DNA from: Felis catus
Taxonomy: Eukaryota
Reading direction: 5' to 3'
DNA length: 64,000 nt
Assembly: GCF_018350175.1 (NCBI RefSeq)
Contig: NC_058368.1
Location: forward strand, 122,328,001 to 122,392,000
Shown: positions 60,450 through 64,000 of the stretch, piece by piece
Numbering within the stretch: the stretch's first letter is position 1
Layout: each line of letters opens with the position of its first letter
The notes under the pieces: model-generated
What the model was told of the DNA's origin: nothing
Database searches by the model: none
What the model saw: the letters and a program-made list of their open reading frames with translations, nothing else
Position numbers and translations under genes: made by a program

Positions 60450-60680
60450 GATCACCTGTGCTTAAGATTGTGTTAAATGCTTTGCATTCATCATTTCAAA
60501 TAATCCTCCCGGTAACTCTATTAGATAGGTTCTATCTTATGAGCCCCATGTTACAGATGAGGAAACTGAAGCTCAGAGAAGTTAAATGGCTTGCCGAAAA
60601 GGCATTTCAGGCCAAAGCCATAGAACTAGTAAATGATGGAGCTTGGATTTGAAACCAGATAACATATCTCATGCCTGAAG
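60450..60680 (-). mobile_element. MIR
   Basis: ccccatgttacagatgaggaaactgaagctcagagaagttaaatggcttgcc...ctagtaaatgatggagcttggatttgaaaccag. Confidence 0.85.
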
Positions 60681-62339
60681 TCTTAATCTCTATACATCTG
60701 TCTTCAGAGCCATTAAGTGAGTTAGTGTTTTCACCTGTATCATCCCTCTTAATGCTCCTGGCATAATCACTAGGAGTGGATATTTTAATCTGTTTGCTGA
60801 TGAAGTAACTGAATCTCTGACAAATCAAATCACTTGCCAAACAGAGCAAACGAACTTCAAAACAGGTGCATTTAGCAGTGGGTCACATTCTCTACTATAG
60901 ATCTACAACCAAGAGATAGTTCCTCCACCTCACTCTGTTTCTCCACCTGCCAGAGAAAGGGGATATTTTATCCGTTGAAAACCTCAACGGTTTTTATGAA
61001 AAGCAAATGAGATTCAATGTAAAAAAAACTCTGAAAGGTAAAAAACATAAGGAATTCAAATTTGCATCCACATTTCTGCTAAGTTCCCTTATCAGGCACC
61101 AATTAGTAGAAAATGTCAAATCTCTCCCATTTGTGTTTATAAAACTACGAGTAAAGACACACTTTCTATCCATAGCAGCGCTCAGATAATTTTTCCATTA
61201 TCCCACCTTTGCCTATAAAGCCCTGTGCTTTGAAGCAATGCTGACTCCATGTTCAAGATTGGACCTTGACAGGCCTAAATCAAACAAAGGAATCTCAGCT
61301 CCCCCAGACAGTGTAATTCCTTCAGTTAACTTTGACTTAAGACAAGCAGTGTATTCATTCCCCTCCTAGGGAGGTTTCGGTGAATTTGGGCCACGGAGGT
61401 ATGTTCTGATGATATGGTATGCACAGGAGAAGGCAGAAACCATGTAGTCATTGTCCAGGAGGAGGCTTGTCCTGTCCATACAGGAGGCTGGTCACGGGAC
61501 AATACCGACACCATCTAAATGGGTCAGAACTTCGTAAGTATTCTTTGTTATTACACTAACATTTTTGGCAATTTCTGCGCCAACTTTGAGGACGCCATCT
61601 CTTCTCATGGGTGATCATTTTTAGGACATTCTCCTTCAAACCTGCATGTCCCATCTCCAGCTCATCGCTGCTACCACAGTTGCCAACATTGTTTTATTCG
61701 ACTAAATTGTATGAAAAGACAACGTCCTCTTTTCCCTGTTAATGTCTCATTTTCTAAGGCACTAACATTTTATGCTTCTTGCAGGCAGTGGGGAAATAGG
61801 GAAGCATTTTCTGGCACTGGTATTGCATTTCTAGTTCCGTTTCTTTACCCTTGAAAAGGAATCCCAACTGTAGGTGAACAAAATCCATTTGTTCACGTTA
61901 TGCACGTTTGTGCATGTTCAAGGGTGCATTTTGCAAATTAAAATTTGTTAGGCATAATTCCTTGAAATTGACTTGTTCTAAGTTTCATCTTTGTGAATTT
62001 GAAGCATCTTTTCCTTTACTGCCAAGTGCCACTATTTAAGCCTCTGTTATTGTTTCCATGTAAAATAACAAATATTATCAAAGATAAATCGCTTATTTTT
62101 TCTTTTTAAAATACTGTCGTCAAAGACTTGTGCACCGACACCCACAGAAGAAAGACATTTCTTGCATCTCCTTGATAGAGGAGCTTTGAAAGGAGAACTG
62201 TTGATAATGGGGAATGGTTCACTCCACCCCACGACTGGCCCTTACATATGAACGTTGCATTTCTCCATTTGTGTCCCCTCCAATTTTGCGTTTCCAGGTG
62301 GCTGATTTCTTGCAGCCAGGAAAATACTAATTTGCATTA

Positions 62340-62645
62340 ACTAGCTCCCAGCAAATTTCTGTCCTTAAATGCTCTCAAATCTGCCCCTTGTATCCATCCC
62401 AGCAGCTACTGTCCCAATGCAAGGCTCCCATCCAGATTACTGCAATAGACTTCGCACCATTTCCCCTCTGTCTTATTTCTCCCTTTTCCAGTTTCTACAC
62501 CTTACTGCTCCAGAACTTTCTCTTAAAAGGCAAATCTGATGATCACATCACTTTCCTATGTAAAGCCTCTCCTGGCCGTCCATTATCCTCAGAATAAAAT
62601 TCCGGCATCATGGCCGAGTTACTCAAGACCCTTTTGTCATCTGGC
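62340..62645. mobile_element. L2 remnant
   Basis: aatctgccccttg...gattactgcaatag...tttctcttaaaaggcaaatctgatgatcacatcac...cagaataaaattc. Confidence 0.7.
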
Positions 62646-63039
62646 CTTGACACAGGGACAGCCACAGGCCTGGCCACCCCTGTCGGATACCCCTACGTCA
62701 CTCTTCTAGTTCATGGCACTTATAATATTGGATTTCTGACAAAATAGAATGGGGCCACGTTTTGAACGGAAAATTTTTTAATAAAAGCAGTTATTTATCC
62801 CTATATTTTTAAAAGTTTTTCTTTTCACATATAGTGCTTTAGAGTCCCTGTCATAGTTTCTATGACAATAGGAGGTAGGAATCCAACTTTATTGCTTTTA
62901 ATATGATTAACTAGTTGAACCAATGGCATTTAACCAACTAATATCCTTAAGGTGGTCATTGTCAATTTCTGGAATATTATACCTACAAAAAAGCTTAGAA
63001 ATGTCTTTTGTGGGTATGCAAAAGCTTTATAAAATTTGA

Positions 63040-63450
63040 TCCTACCCAACTTTTCTGTGTATAAAGGATTTCTTAAACAAGACACAAAGAGCACAAGCCA
63101 AAAAGAAAAAAACATGATAGATTTATCAAACTTCGTTGGAAGAATCTATAAACAAAATGAAAAGATCAGCTGTAGACTGGAAATACACATTTACCACACA
63201 TGTATTTATTTGACAAAGCACTGATACCTAGGCTATCTAAAGAACCCAATTAAAAAAGACAAAATAAACCAGAAATAAGGGGAAAGCTTTTGAACAGACT
63301 ATTCACATGAGAGGAAATCTAATCAATCTGTTAAAAATATCAAATTTTCTTAGTAATCAAATATGTATAATAAAAACACAATAAATATGTACTATACACT
63401 TAAAACTTTGTTAAGAGTGTAGACTTCACGTTGTGTGTGTTGTTTACTAA
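63040..63450 (+). mobile_element. Degraded L1M fragment
   Basis: gatttcttaaacaagacacaaa...agactggaaatacacattt...tttgacaaag...tgaacagactattcaca. Confidence 0.6.
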
Positions 63451-64000
63451 AATGAACAGTAACGACAAACAATGAAAAGCAGCATCAAATGCCCCAGAAT
63501 GGCTAATAAAAGGTCTGTAGATACCAACTTTGGTGAGGACAGGGACATGGTAACCCTCGTTATCCCCACTGCTTGTGGGAACACAGATGGGAATAGCTAC
63601 TTTGGTAAAGATATTTTTTGCCTTAATGGACCATTTTTGGGGCCCTGGGACTATGAATCTGGTTTAGGGTTTTTGAATCCAGAGTAAGATCCCATGGGCA
63701 ATGCATGGGATAGAAAAGCTATATCCAGAGGTAAAGCAGGGGTCCAATATAAAGAGCTGTCCCAGAAAAGCATCAACACAGAAGGTTCTACAGGGGGCCC
63801 AGGACCAGCTATAGGGCGACATGTCTGGGAAAGTGGACCGAGGGACAGAACTAGAAAGTTCCCAGCAAAGAATCAGACAAGTCCCAAGGTTGTCTCATGC
63901 AGGACCATTCATGCAGGACAACATGAACGTGTCTGCAGCCACTCCCAGGGGTGGTGGTGGAGGGGGTGGGGGTGGGTGTGAAGCCAATCTCAAGTCATCA

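Noticed and set aside
1..64000. Prokaryotic-type systems (CRISPR, operons, defence islands) or an identifiable host gene
   Set aside because: Sequence is mammalian repeat-rich non-coding DNA; no regularly spaced repeat-spacer array and no exon I can assign to a known protein

Overview
This is mammalian non-coding DNA, almost certainly from a felid (cat family), judged by young SINEC_Fc-type Can-SINEs and felid-type L1 3' ends. It is intronic or intergenic. I recognise no protein-coding gene, RNA gene or CRISPR array. ORFs with recognisable homology are broken L1 ORF2 pieces; the rest are SINE read-throughs, simple-repeat artefacts or chance ORFs. Much of the window is transposable element: about 30 tRNA-derived Can-SINEs, about 9 carnivore/felid L1 insertions, older L1M, MLT1/MLT2 LTRs, MER33/MER58A/MER5A/Tigger2-type DNA transposons, MIR and L2. 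I found no convincing new biological system. The most interesting observations are mechanistic: a SINE/inverted-L1/L1 patchwork joined by microhomologies at about 39.4-39.8 kb, a roughly 120-bp twin-primed L1 at 43.3 kb, and two three-level nested insertions with readable target-site duplications (TSDs). Also notable are a 509-bp nearly pure-purine hierarchical repeat, repeated microsatellite growth at one homologous L1 site, and repeat-free islands that may be conserved enhancers or lncRNA exons. Family names come from recalled consensus sequences, not a search, and boundaries without TSDs are approximate.
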